A DNA stretch of 64,000 nucleotides from an uncultured Chloroflexia bacterium (GTDB lineage: Bacteria > Chloroflexota > UBA6077 > JACCZL01): NCBI GenBank assembly GCA_963765765.1, contig CAVXYC010000023.1, positions 32,001 to 96,000 on the forward strand, in the 5' to 3' direction. Shown in pieces: positions 1 to 13,700 of this stretch. Position 1 is the first letter of the stretch. The number at the start of each line of letters is the position of its first letter. The notes beneath the pieces are model-generated. The model was given only the letters and a program-made list of their open reading frames with translations. It was not told the origin of the DNA and made no database searches. The translations under genes and the position numbers were made by a program.

Positions 1-1426
1 GGAGACGATGCGCGCCACATCGCCCGCGCCCGAGCCCAGCTCGGCTTCAGCGCCTCGGCGTCCGGGCCAGGACATACGTGCGCAGGGCTTCGACAAAGGC
101 GAGATACGGCAAGGAGAGCGAGCCCTCCTCGTAGCAATGGCCGACCAGCGTGCGCCCCCACGCACCGCGGCGTAGGTGGCCAATTGCTCGCACAGGGCGG
201 TCTTGCCGATGCCCGGTTCGCCGACCACCATGACCAGCCAGCCCTGACCGGAAGGGCTCGTCAAACGCGGCCTGGAGCTGGCGCAGCTCGCTTCGCGCCC
301 GACGAAGGTCGGCCGGTAGAGTGGGGGCGTCGTCAACCGGCGAAGGCTGCGTGCGGCTGACGGTCGCCGCGCCACGGTCGATAGGTTGATCGCCGCGAGC
401 GCCTGGCAGCACCTCGATTGCCGAGCGGGCGCTTGGCCGGTTCCTTCTCCAGAAGCGCAGAATCAGCGACTCAGTCCCGGCGGACAGTCCGGGCCGATGC
501 CAGGAGGGCGCTACGGGCGGCGTGTTCAAGTGCTGGGTGATGATGGCCACGCTCTCATCGCCCACGAACGGCGGCCGGCCACACACCAGCTCGTAGAGCA
601 CGCAGCCCAGCGCGTAGAGATCGAGCGCGCGTCGACCGACCACCGATGGCCTGCTCCGGGGCCATGTACGAGACGGTGCCGATCATCATCCCCGGCTGGG
701 TATGGCGCGTCTGGTCCAGGGCCACGGCCAGACCGAAGTCGCCGAGCTTGGCCATGCCCTCCGCGGCTCAGCCAGATGTTGCCCGGCTTCAGATCGCGGT
801 GGATCGATGTCTCGGGCATGGGCATGCTCCAGTGCCTGGCACAGCTCCTGTCCAAGATCCAACACCTGCGCGATGGGCAGGCGATGATCGGGCGCGTTTT
901 GAAGAAGGTCGGTCAAGGTCGCCCGCCGGCATCAGCTCAGTGACGAGATAGGGTTGGCCCTGCTCCTCACCGAGGTCCAACACGGCGACGATATTCGGGT
1001 GGGAGCCCAGCCGGCCCATGGCCCGGGCCTCGCGGCGCACGCGCTGCCGGCCGGCTCATCCAGGCCCTCGGTCTTGATCAGGGCCAAGGCGACCTCACGG
1101 TCCAACAGGGTGTCGTGCGCGCGGTAGACCCGCTTCTTGCCGCCCTCGCCCAGCAGCTCCCGCACCTGGTAGCGCCCATTGGCGAAGGTTGGATATTGGC
1201 GTCGCGTGGGGCGGTCCAACGGGAGAGGGCTCGTGCCGCACGGCGGCTGAGACCGACGATCCGAGTGCCCGCTGCGCGGTCAGAGAACTGGCGCGTCCGA
1301 ATTTTCGGGGTCGAGAGCTGGGGCTTCGGCGCGCTCCTTTACCACGGCACCAATCTCGCTGTCGAGTGCCGCATCGGCCTCGTCGAGCAGCGCGTCGATC
1401 TGCCGCTGGATCCGCTCACTGGGCAT
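1..1426 (-). CDS. Kinase-STAND NTPase multidomain protein, copy D (5' part only; runs off the window; frameshifted)
   Basis: ATG at 1426, [20 protein letters not shown]. Fragments across frames read [44 protein letters not shown] (about 200-225) and [14 protein letters not shown], matching copies A-C. Confidence 0.85.
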
Positions 1427-1446
1427 TGTGCATCTCGACTTCCGCA

Positions 1447-4400
1447 TCATGACCAGGCCACGCTAACGCCATGCGTGAGCCGTCGAGGCCCTTGAGCTCT
1501 ACCTGCCGCCCCTCGTCAAACCGCACGTCAGCGCGGCTTTCGGTGAGCTCCTTCAGCAGCGCCGACACCAGAATCTCCCCGCCCCAGTGCCTGGTCCGCG
1601 ATGCGCGCGGCCAGCACCACATCGCGCCCGTGGAAGTCGTCGGCGTCTCGCAGCGCCTCGCCGGTATGCAGGCCCATGCGCACGCGAATTGCCGGCTCCG
1701 AATGGGCTTCGGTCACTGCCCGTTGGATAGCAATCGCGCACTCGAGTGCCCGACGCGCGCTCTGGAATGCCAGCATGAAGCCGTCGCCCTGGCACTTCAC
1801 TTCAAACCCACCGTGCGTCTGCACTTCCTTGCGCACCAGAGCGTGGTGGGTTCGCAGCACATCCAGCCAGCGCTGGTCGCCGAGCTCTAGCGTTAGGCCG
1901 GTGGAATTTTCGATATCGGTGAACAGCAGCGTCACGGTGCCATCGGGTGCGGCGTGCGAGGCGAGGCTCGGCCGCTCCGACTCCAGCACATGGCTGAGTG
2001 CGTCGATCGAGGTGCTCGGGCTGGACTCGGATAGACCCTGGAGCTGCAGCTTTCTACGCAGCGACCGCTCCAGGTAGCTCGTCATCTTCATGTCGCGGAG
2101 CTCACCGATCGCAAAGTCGAGATGGGCCACGCCCTCGGCCTTGAGCTCGTCAGGAGTGAGCGGACGACTGCCGTCCTCGGTTCTGAGAGCTGATGGCCGA
2201 TCGCTGACGGCCTCGTCCAGCAGCAGCTCCGCCAGCTCCAGGCGGCACAGCGCCAGCTCCGGCCGGTGGCGGCCATGCGTGCAGGCAGCGATCCCCTGCT
2301 GGTAATACGCTCGCGCCTTCGCGGGCTGGGCCAGGAGGCGCGCCGCGCCGCCCAGGTCACGGCCCAGGCAGTTGGTGATCGAGGGCTCGGTGAAAAGCAG
2401 ATCGGCCAGGGGCGCCAGCTTCGGCTCGATCATCGCCACGGCCTGCGTGTGGCCCGCGGCCACGGCGGCCTCCAGCAGGTAGCGGAGCAGGGTGGCGGCG
2501 GTGGTGTCGTTCGGGTCGCTCAGGTCCCGCGCGGCCAGGAACTGGTCGATGATCGCGGTGGCTTCGGCGATGCGGCCGGCGTGGGCCAGGTAGATCGCCT
2601 GCTGCGCCGCGAAGGCGCCCCCGGTGGCCCACAGGTTGGCGGGCGTCGGGATGCTAGCCAGGACCTCCGCGGGGCGTCCCAGGTAGAGCAGGGCGCGGCG
2701 GCGGGCGCGGCCCGCGGCCTGCCGACCCAGCCCGGCGCTGCCGGCCTGCTCCCCGAGCCGCTGTGCGGCGTCGGCCAGCTCCAGCGCCCGCCCGAGCGCC
2801 CCGTCCCAGGTGGCCAGGACCGCCCGAAATTCCAGATCCAGGATCCGGGCGGCGGGCTCGTGGCTGCGGGCCGCCGCGGACTCCACGGCGCGCGCGATGG
2901 CTTCGGCGCGTTCGCGGTCCCCCCAGGTCAGGAACGCGCCGCGCCATCCCCCCATCCCGCCCCCAGGGGTCGCGAGGAGGGCGTCCCCCGCGCCCATCCC
3001 GTCTGCCCCATCCTGGCTGAAGCGCAGGTCCCAGATGAGCTGGGCCGCCTCCAGGCGATGGGCGTGCTCCGAGGGGGTGGCGGTGGCGCCGTTAGGCCAC
3101 GTGGCCGGCCGCCGAGAGCTGGGCCTCCCGATCGCCGAGCTCGCGCGCCAGCTCGAACGCCTGCCGCTCCATGCGCCACGATTCGTAATGCCGCCCCGCG
3201 TCCCGCAGTGCCAACGCGAGCCACAGATCCGCGTGCACGCGGTCCACCGTCCCCGGGGCGGCATGCCGATCCGCCCGCTCGACCCACTCCCGGTGGCGCT
3301 CGCTGCCCAGCCCGCGCGGTGACGCCGCCGAACGTCGCCGAGGGCGATCATGGCGAGCTGGCACGCGGCCACGGCCCGGTGCGCGTCGTGCAGCGTCTCG
3401 GCCAGGGCGAAGGCCTCCTCCGCCACGGACGTGAACACCCGCTCCGACTCGCCGGACGGGATCAGCGCCCGACACAGCGCCAGCAGCAGGTCGCAGCGTC
3501 GATCGGCATCGTCGGGATCCAGCACCTCCTGGGCTTCCAGCGCCCGCTCCAGGTGCCGCGCCGCCTCGCCGTAGGCATAGACGCCCATCGCCCGCCGGGC
3601 CGCCAGCTCGCCGTAGCGCACCGCCTTGCCCAGGTCGTCGGGGTCGCTGGAGTTGGCGAAGTGCTCGGCCAGCTCGGCAGCATGCTCGTCCACCCGCCGG
3701 CCGTAGACCCGCTCCAGCGCCCGGCCCACCTGCTGGTGCCAGCGGATGCGCCGCGCGGCGAAGATCTCCTCATAGAGCGTCTGGCGGAAGAAGGCGTGCA
3801 TGAAGCGGAACGCGAGACCCCCGCCGCCGGGGCTCCTGCGCTCCTCGATGATCGCCCGCGCCTGGGCCTCCTCCAGAGCCGCGATCACCGCCTCCTCGGG
3901 CCGGTCGGCCACCTGCTGCAGCGCGTCCAGGCGAAAGTCCCGCCCGATCACGGCCGCGATGGTCAGCACCTGGTTGGTCTCCGGACGCAGCCGGCTCAGG
4001 CGCTTGCCAATCACGTCCCGCAGCCCCTCCGGAATCCCGGCGTCGGCCTCGCCGCCGTCGGCCCGCACCCATTGCCCGCCCTCCCGGACGACGATCCCTT
4101 CCTCGACCAGGTAGCGCAGCACCTCCTGGACGAACAGCGGGTTGCCCTCGGTCTGGCGGTGGATGGCCTCGGCGCGGCCCCAGGGCACCTCCTGGCCGCG
4201 GATCGCCCGCATCATCCGGTGCACCTCGTCCACGGTCAGGCCACGCAGGGCCACACGGGCGAAGGGGGTGGTCCGGCGCAGCTCGGCCAGGGCCGCGCTC
4301 AGCGGGTGGGCGCGGTCCACCTCGACGTCGCGGTAGGTGCCCGACCACCAGCAGGCGGCTGCCCCTCGAGGCTGCGGCTAGACGTGCTGGAGCAGGTCCA

Positions 4401-5993
4401 GCGTGCCGCGATCGGCCCAGTGCAGGTCCTCCAGCACCAGCACCAGCGGCTGCATCGTGGACGCGGTGCGCAGGAAGCCGGTCACCGCCTCCAGCAGGCG
4501 CCAGCGGTCCTCCTCGGCATCGCCGCTCGGCGGGCGCGGCTCCACCGGCGACCCGCTCGCGCACCTCGGAGACGATGCGCGCAACGTCCCCGGCGCCGCT
4601 GCCCAGGGCCGTCGTCAGCGCCTCGGGCTCCTGGCCGAGCACGTAGCCGCGCAGCGCCTCGACGAACGGCAGGTACGGCAGGCTCAAGCGAGCCTTCCTC
4701 GTAGCAGTGGCCCACCAGCGTCGTGCCGCCGCGCACCGCGGCGTAGGTGGCCAGCTGCTCGCACAGGGCGGTCTTGCCGATGCCCGGCTCGCCCACGACC
4801 ATGACCATCCCGCCCTGGCCCGAGAGCGCGGCGTCGTACGCCGGGCTGAGCTGGCGCAGCTCCGCTTCGCGGCCGACGAAGGTCTCGCGGTAGAGCGGGC
4901 CGGGCTCCGATGACCGGCGGGGACTCGGGCTCGGGGGACCCGGTCGCATGACCGCTCCGTGCGGAGTCGATCGCCGGCGAGCGCGATCAGCACCTCGCCG
5001 GCGGAGGCGGGCCGATTGGACGGATCTTTCTCCAGCAGACGCAGGATCAACGTCTCCAGGCCGGTGGGCAATCGGGCCGATGCCAGGTGGGGGCCACCGG
5101 CGGCGTGTTGAGGTGCTGGGTGATGATGGCCACCGATTCGTCGCCCACGAAGGGCGGCCGCCCGCAGACCAGCTCGTACAGCACGCAGCCGAGGGCGTAC
5201 AGATCTGCGCGCGCATCAACGAGACCTCCGATGGCCTGCTCGGGTGCCATGTAGCTGACCGTGCCGATCATCATCCCGGGCTGGGTATGGCGCGTCTGGT
5301 CCAGCGCCACAGCCAGGCCGAAGTCGCCCAGCTTGGCCGTGCCGTCATCCGTGAGCCAGACGTTGCCGGGCTTAAGATCGCGGTGGATGAGGCTTCGTGG
5401 GCGTGGGCGTGCTCCAGCGCCTGACAGAACTGTTCCTAGTACAAGCGCCTGCGCGATCGGCAGGCGATGCTCGGGGCCGCGTCCAGGCAGACTGTGAGGT
5501 CGCCCCCGGCCATGAGCTCGGTGACGAGATACGGCTGGCCGTGCTCCTCGCCGAGGTCGAGGACCGCGACGATGTGCGGATGGGCGCCGAGGCGGCCCAT
5601 GGCCCGGGCTTCCCGGCGCACGCGCTGGCGGCCGGCCTCATCCAGCCCCTCGGTCTTGATCAGGGCGAAGGCGACGTCGCGATCGAGCAACGTGTCATGG
5701 GCGAGATAGACGCGCTTCTTGCCGCCTTCGCCGAGCAGCTCTTGCACCTGATAGCGGCCATTCGCGAACGAGCGTGGGCATGTGCGGCGGCTGTGTGGGA
5801 CAATCTGCGGTCCGATGGAATCCGCTGCTGCGGGCTCGCGCACTGCCGCCGTCAGGAACTCGGGCATCCACTTGCTCGGGTCGAGCCGCGAGGACCGCGT
5901 CGCAGCACTCGGACGCGGCCCAGTCGTGACGATCCAAGGCCGCTCGGCTTCATCGAGCAGAGGTCGATCCGCGCTGAACCGCCCACTGCGCAT
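1447..5993 (-). CDS. Ser/Thr kinase - STAND (AAA_16) NTPase - TPR/helical sensor - class III adenylate cyclase, copy C (frameshifted)
   Basis: Joined from ORFs 5436..5993, 5047..5310, 4482..5219, 4378..4584, 1528..4320 and 1416..1622. Kinase motifs; Walker A GEPGIGKT; Walker B LVLEDLHWAD; GNPLFVQEV; cyclase LLFTDIENST, VKCQGDGFM, RVRMGLHTGE, RDVVLAAR. The stop at 1447 is inferred after correcting a frameshift. Confidence 0.85.
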
Positions 5994-6090
5994 CGGGCTA
6001 GCCGCTTTCTATCCGCCCGATCGCGTCGGAAGACCTGATGTCGCCATCTAGCCCTGGATGGACGCGCTGTACGCCCACTGGCCATTCTCG

Positions 6091-9000
6091 TCAAGTCACA
6101 CGCCTGAAAGACGCCGTGCCGTCGGCGATCCGCGGTGAGCACGCTTCGCGGCCATCATCGAATTGAGCTCGCGCGTCACTCGACCAGGCCGCGCAGCAGC
6201 TCGGAGACGAGGATCTCGCCACCCTGGGCCTGGTCGGCGATGCGCGCGGCCAGGACCACGTCCTGCCGTGGAAGTCGTCGGCTTCTTTCAGCGCTTCGCC
6301 AGTATGCAGTCCGATGCGCACGTCGAATCGGCGAGTCTGGGTATGACGTATTCCCGGCTTCGACGGCCCGCTGAATGGCCACCGCGCAGTCCAGGGCCCG
6401 ACGGGCGCTCTGAAGGCCAGCATGAAGCCATCGCCCTGGCACTTGACCTCGAACCCACTGTGATCTGCACCTGCTCGCGAACGAGCGCGTGATGTGCGCG
6501 CAAGATCTCCAGCCAGCGCTGATCGCCCAGTCGCACGGTTAAGCCGGTGGAGTCTTCGATGTCCGTGAAGAGCAGCGTGACGGTGCCATCGGGCGCGGCG
6601 TGGGGTCTGAAGGTCGGGTCGCTCCGCTGGCGACCGCCAGGCTACCGCGTCGATGGAGGTGCTGGGCGAGACGGAATCGACGCCCTGGAGCTGGAGCTTG
6701 CGGCGGAGGGCCCGTTCCAGCATGGGCTGCATCTTCATCTCGCGCAGCTCGGCGATGGCGAAGTCGAGGTGCTCGAATGGCAGCATTTCGCTCGTCCGGA
6801 TAGTGATCCAGGAGCAGCTCGGCCAGATGGACCTGGATGATGGCGATCTCGGGGCGGAATCGCACCTTTGCACACGCCTCGAGGGCCTGCGTATAGAAGG
6901 AACGCGCGTCATCATACTGACCGAGTTGCGCGGCGGCGTCACCCACCAATCGGCCGATGCTGACATGCATCTCAAACGACCCCACGCGGCTAATCCAAAG
7001 TGAGTTCGAGAGCGGCGCAAATCGAGGCAGGAGCGCGCTCAGGGTTTCCCGGTCGGCACCGAGGATGCTCGCCTGGAGCAAGTACAAGAGAAAGCCTATT
7101 GCAGTTTCGTCGTGGTCTGATCCGATATCACCGAACCGCTCACGATAGGCCCGAGCCTCACTATGTCGAGCCAGCAACGCTAAGATGTGTGCCGTTCTCG
7201 CATTGCTGGCACGCCCCGGCATTTGTTGGTATGCCTCCCGCAATTCTTCGAGGACCGCATTCGGTACCCCGCCCGAGGTACAGGAGTGCCTGGCCGCTCA
7301 TTTCGTGTGGCGTAAACACCCCGACGCCCAGCTCCAGCGCCATCGCGGCGCCTGATTCGTATAGTGTGACCGCCTTTTCGAGACGCCCATCGACGAACGC
7401 CAGGAGGGCGGACGTGGTCAGGGCATGCGCTCGCAAACTTCGATCCTGCGTGTGATCGGCGAGCAGTGTGAGCTCACGCCACAACGTCTCCGCTTGGTGG
7501 CGCCGTCCGCTACTGAGCAGCTCGATACCCCCGGAATAGAGGCACCAGCCCAGGTCAGTCGCCCGAGCACCGTGGTGCGGGCGCCGCAGCACTTCCAGCG
7601 CCAGGCCCGTCACCATCTCACGATCCCGCAAAGCCTGAAGATTCCGAAACGCCCATCCCACGGCGGCGAAGACCACCGAGTCATCATTTAGGCTGAGGGC
7701 GCCTTCCACGGCGCGGCGCAGGAACACGTGCGCCGCCGGGCGGCCGGCACCGATCTCCGCGAGCCCCTGGTAAATATCGGCATAGACGCGTTGGGCGGTC
7801 CTCGTCTGTGCGTGGCGATCAGCACGGTCAGCCCAGTCTTGAAAGCTCTGGGCGGTCGCAGTTCGCAGGCCGGCGCCCGTCGAGCGAATCAAGGATTCCA
7901 ACGCCTGGATAGCCGCGCGGGCGGCGCGGTCTGCGTCGCCGAGCGCTTCGGCCAACGCGAACGCCTCGGGCGCGACCGTGGCACTCACGCGCAGCGGGTC
8001 TTCCAGCGGCAGCATCGCCTCGCCCAGCGCCAGCAGCAGATCGCAGCGCTTCGAATGGTCATCCGGGTCCAGCACCGCCTGGACTTCCAGCGCCTGCTCC
8101 AGGTGCCGGGCCGCCTCGCCGTAGGCGTACACGCTCAGCGCCCGCTGTGCCGCCAGCTCCCCGTACCGAATGGCCTTCTCCAGATCACTCGGCATCCGAG
8201 GAGTGCGCGAAGTGCTCGGCCAACTCCGCCGCGTGCTCTTCCGGTCGCCGCGCGTGGACGTCCTCCAAGGCCCGCGCCACCTGCTGATGCAGCCGGATGC
8301 GCCGCGGCGCGCTCAGCTCCTCGTACAGCGTCTGGCGGAAGAAGGCATGGGTGAAGCGATAGGTCACCGCGCCGGCCGGCCCGCTCGCTCCTCCACCACC
8401 GCCCGATCGCGCGCCTCGTCCAGGGCGCTGTACAGCTCCTCCTCGGGCAGCGCGGCCACGCGCTCCAGCACGTCCAGGCGGAACTCCCGGCCCATCACCG
8501 AGGCCACGCTCAGCACGCGATTGCCCAGCTCGCCCAGGCGTGACAGTCGCTTGCCGATGACATCGCGCAGTCCCTCGGGGATACCGGCCTCGGGATCGCT
8601 GCCATCGGTGCGCACCCACTGCCCGCCCTCGCGCACCACCAGGCCTTCCTCCACCAGGTAGCGCAGCACCTCCTGGACGAACAGCGGGTTGCCCTCGGTC
8701 TGGCGATGGATCGCCTCGGCCCGACTCCAGGGCACCTCCTGTCCGCGGATCAGGTTCATCATCCGATGCACCTCATCCACGGTCAGCCCGCGCAGCGGGA
8801 TGCGGCTGAAGGCGCCGCTGCGCCGCAGCTCGGCCAGCGCCGAGGAGAGCGGGTGGGCGCGATCCACCTCCACGTCCCGATACGTGCCCACGATCAGCAG
8901 TCGCGCCCCGGCCAGGCTGCGGCTCACGTGCTGGAGCAGATCCAGTGTCCCGCGATCGGCCTCGTGCAGGTCTTCCAGGACGATCAGCAGCGGGCGCACC

Positions 9001-10553
9001 TGACTGGCGTTGCGCAGGAAGCCGGTCACCGCCTGCGAGCAAGCGCCAGCGCTCCTCCTCCGGATCGCCCGGGTGGGCGCTCCGGACGGCGATCCGATCG
9101 CGCACTTCGGAGACGATGCGGGCCACGTCCCCGGCGCCGGTGCCGAGATCGCTGGTGAGATCTCCGGATCGCGCGCCAGGACATAGCTGCGCATGGCCTC
9201 GACGAACGGGAGATAGGGCAGGGAGAGCGAGCCTTCCTCGTAGCAGTGGCCCACCAGCGCCGTGCCACCGCGCACCGCGACGTAGGTGGCGAGCTGCTCG
9301 CACAGGCTGGTCTTGCCGATGCCCGGCTCGCCGACGACCATGACCAGGCTGCCCTGCCCGGAGATCGCCCCGTCGAAGGCCGCTTCGAGCTGCTTGCGCT
9401 CGGGCTCGCGGCCCACAAAGGTCGGCCGGTAGAGCGCGGGCTCGATCGACGGAGCGGGAGGCTCGTATCCGAGGCGGTGCACCATTGGCGTCAGGTCAAT
9501 CGCGCTCAGCGCCTGGAGCACTTCGCCGGCCGAGGCGGGCCGTTTCTCGGGATCCTTCTCCAGCAGCCGCAGGATGAGCGCTTCCAGGGCCGGGGGCACA
9601 TCCGGGCGATGCCAGGCGGGGTCGACGGGCGGGGTATTCAGATGCTGGCCGATGATGGCCACGGCTTCGTCGCCGACGAACGGCGGGCGGCCGCAGACCA
9701 GCTCGTAGAGCACGCAGCCCAACGCGTAGAGATCCGACCGTCCATCGACGGCGCCGCCCGTGGCTTGTTCGGGGGCCATGTAGGCCATCGTTCCGACCAT
9801 CATGCCCGGCTGGGTGTGGCGGGTTTGGTCTAATGCCACCGCCAGACCGAAGTCGCCCAGCTTGGCGGTGCCATCGGCGGTCAGCCAGATGTTGCCCGGC
9901 TTGAGGTCGCGGTGAATGACCTGGTGGTCGTGGGCATGCGCCAGCGCCTGGCAAACCTGGCCGGCGATCGTTACGGCTGCTTCAATGGGCAACCGGTGCT
10001 CCGGGGCATCCGCGAGCCGAGTCGCCAGGTCACCACCGGCCACGAGCTGGGAGACGAGATACGGTTGCCCGTCCTGCTCGCCGAGATCGAGCACGGAGAC
10101 GATGTGCGGATGATCGCCGAGGCGGCCCATCGCCCGGGCCTCGCTGCCAATCCGCAGGCCACCGGCGTTATCGAGCCCTTCCGTCTTGATCAGGGCAAAC
10201 GCGACATCGCGGTCGAGCAGGGTGTCATGGGCGAGGTAGACGCGCTTCTTCCCGCCCTCGCCGAGGAGCCTGGCGACCCGGTAACGACCGTTGGCGAAAC
10301 TCGTCGGAGCGGCCGACTTCGGGCCATTGTTTAGGGTCGAGGCGGGCCCATCAAGGGTTGGGGGAGTGGCGGCGTTGGTCGCCAGTGCGCGTTCGGCAGC
10401 CGCCAGGTAGGAGTGCGCATCCGCGCTGTCCGGGTCAAGGGCCAGAACATTCTGGGCCCGATCGCGGACCAAGCCCCAGTTCGACTCGCCAATCCCCGCT
10501 TCCGCTTCGTCGAGCAGCCGATCGATCTGCCGCTGGATGCGCTCACTGGGCAT
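6091..10553 (-). CDS. Ser/Thr kinase - STAND NTPase - TPR/helical sensor - class III adenylate cyclase, copy B (frameshifted)
   Basis: ORF 8364..10562 (ATG at 10553, [18 protein letters not shown]) carries the kinase and NTPase. It continues in 8185..8619, 7161..8195, 6539..7243 and 6091..7020, with cyclase fragments EVKCQGDGFM and IGLHTGEALKEADDFHG. The 3' end is approximate. Confidence 0.88.
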
Positions 10554-10706
10554 GATCACCAACCCTCGAGCGCCGGAAGCTCGGACGCTCCATCACGTAA
10601 CGTGCACGCCGGAGTAGCGCCGGTCGGGATTTCTCGCCTCGCTCGGGCGTGCCTACGCCAGGGGGCATCTTCCCTGTGCTCCGAACGGCTGACGCCGGTC
10701 CGCGCG

Positions 10707-13700
10707 TCATGCCCACTGCACCTGATGTATTTGATAGAGACCGTCCAGGCCTTTCAGCTCGACCTCGCGAACGGCGTCGAATCGGAGATCGCCCCGGCCT
10801 TCGAGCAGGCTCCTGAGCACGGCCGAGACGAGGATCTCGCCACCGCGGGCCTGGTCGGCGATGCGGGCGGCCAGCACCACGTCGCGTCCGTGGAAGTCGT
10901 CCGCGTCCCGCAATGCCTCGCCGGTGTGCAGGCCCATCCGTACGCGGATCGGCACATCGATGTTCTGTGTCGCCACGGAGCGCTGGATCGCCACCGCGCA
11001 GTCCAGCGCTCGGCGCGCGCTATTGAAGGCCAGCATGAAGCCGTCGCCCTGGCACTTGACCTCGAAGCCGCCGTGATGCTGAACTTCTCGGCGGACCAGC
11101 GCGTGGTGGGCACGAAGCAGCTCGAGCCAGCGTTGGTCTCCCAGACGCACGGTGAGATCGGTGGAGCCCTCGATGTCGGTGAACAGGATGGTCACGGTCC
11201 CGTCCGGAGCGGCGTGACGACGGAGGTCGGGCAGCTCCGCATGCAGCGCCCGGGCCACCGCGTCGATGGATGTCCCGGGCGGGACGGTATCGACGCCCTG
11301 GAGCTGGAGCTTGCGGCGCAGCGCCCGCTCGAGAGCGGGCTGCATTTTCATCTCTCGGCATTCATCAATGGCGAAATCCAGGTGCTCCAGCGCCTCGGCC
11401 CGCTCGTCAGGGTACTGGTCCAGGAGCAGCTCGGCCAGCCCCAGGCGGCTTAGAGCAAGCTCAGGGCGACAGCGAACCCGCTCGACACGCCTCAATCGCG
11501 CGACGGTACCAGGCCACAGCTTTTTCAGGTTCGCCCAGCAACGCCGCCGCAGCCCCGAGGTGGCGATGTAGGCAGATGATGCCGGCACCCGCCTCTGCAA
11601 ACGCCGGTCCCTGGTCGAGCTCCGCGGCGAGAACCTCGACCAGCGCGTTGTCTTCGAGCAGAATCGCTGCTTCGAGGCTTCGGGTGAGGTAGGAAACGAG
11701 GTCCGAAGCGAAACGGGGTCTCCCAGACTCCGACAGTTTCGCCCCATCGTGCACCACAAGCTCCTGAAGCTGTCGACGCGCCTGTTCAAGGTCTCCAGCG
11801 AGCGCGTGCGCCAGGGCAAGGGAGAAATTCACCCCGGTTGCCAGCCTCGACCCGCTCAGCCAATCTCGCCATTCAGCGGGACGTCCTAGTAATGGAAGCA
11901 CCGTGCCGCACCGCGCGGCAGCCATTCCGATTCCGACCTGCGGAGAGCCAAGCTCGTGAGCCTGTTCTCGCAGTCGATACCCCAGATCGGCCGCCGCTTC
12001 GAGCCGGCCGTCCAGCGCGGCGACGACCGCCTGGTAACTCAACGCCATGAGCTGAAGCCATGCATCCCGACTCCGGTCGGCCAGCTCCGCAAGCTCACGC
12101 CAGGCTCGCTCCGCGCCATCCCGGTCACCCTTCGTCAGCAGCGCAGCGCCGCAGAACTCCAGGATCTGTCCGTGTGTGCGGACGGATATCCGCTCGCGCG
12201 GGCGCGCCAGCAGCTCATCGGCCAGGGCGACCGCCTCGCGCCACTGCCGCGGTGTCATCTCGAACCGAATCACCTGCCAGGCAGCCGCTGCAAAGAGCTC
12301 CGCGTCCCCCAGATCACGCGCGAGCCCCATCGCCCGGCGGAGCAGGATGACCCCATCCTCGGTGCGCAGCTGAACAATGCGGAGTCGCCCCATCGCCACA
12401 TCGGCGTACGCCCGCTCCGGGCTACCGGCGGCGGCGGTCGCATCCGCCAGCTCGGCCCACTTCTGCCATGCCGGGGCACTGGGCGCCGTCGAGGATAATC
12501 TCCGGTGAATTGCCTCCAGCGCCAGCCGCGACACCCGTCCCACTCGCGTGGTATCACCGTCCTGCTCGGCCAGCGCCAGCGCCTGGGGCGCGATCTCGTC
12601 GCTCACCCGCTGCGGCTCTCCGACCGGCATTAACGCTTCGCCCAATGCCAGGAGCAGATCGTACCGCCTGAGCTTGTCATCCGGGTCCAGTACCGCCTGG
12701 ACATCCAGCGCCTGGTCCAGGTGCCGGGCCGCCTCGCCGTAGGCATAGACGCTCATCGCGCGGCTGGCCGCTAGCTCCCCGTAGTGAATGGCCTTCTGGA
12801 GATCCTCAGGATCCGATGAATGGGCGAAGTGCTCGGCCAGCTCGGGGGCGTGCTCGTCGAGTCGCCGCGCGTGGATTTCCTCCAGTGCCCGTGCCACCTG
12901 CTGGTGCCAGCGGATGCGCCGCGGCGGGCTCAGCTCCTCGTACAGGGTCTGGCGGAAGAAGGCATGCGTAAAATGGTAGGCCACCGCGGCGCCGAGACCC
13001 GTCCGGACCTCCACCACCGCCCGCTCGGTGGCCTCCTCCAGCGCCTCGATCACCGCCTCTTCGGGTAGGCTGCTGACCCGCTGGAGCACGTCCAGACGAA
13101 AGTCCCGGCCGATCACCGCCGCCACGCTGAGCACCTGGTTCGTCGACTCGGACAGCCGTGAGAGCCGCTTGCCGATGACGTCCCGCAGTCCCTCGGGGAT
13201 GTCCTCTCCGGTGCCAATCTGCGGCACATAGCGGTCGCCCTGGCGAACGACCAGGCCGGCTTCCACCAGGTAGCGCAGCACCTCCTGGATGAACAGCGGG
13301 TTGCCCTCCGTTTGTCGGTGGACCGCCTCTGCCTGGGCCCACGAGACCTCATGCCCGCGCAGGACGGTGTACAGCCGATGCACCTCATCGACGGTCAACC
13401 CGCGCAGCGGCACACGCAGGAAGGTCTGGATACGCCGCAGCTCGGCCAGGGTGGAGGACAGCGGATGGCCGCGGTCCACCTCCACGTCGCGGTAGGTTCC
13501 GACCACCAGGAGCCGAGCGCCCTCCAGGTTGCGGGCCAGGTGCACCAACAGGTCCAGCGATCCGTGATCCGCATCGTGCAGGTCTTCCAGCACCAGTAGC
13601 AGCGGTTGGACCAGGGAGGCATTGCGCAGGAAACCTGTCACCGCCTGCAATAGGCGCCAGCGCTGCTCGCCCGGATCGCCGGTATCGGACAGCTCCACCT

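Noticed and set aside
2266-4704. 812-aa plus-strand ORF and similar long antisense ORFs (for example 10413..11453 and 40057..41169)
   Set aside because: They are shadows of high-GC genes on the opposite strand and have no recognisable motifs.
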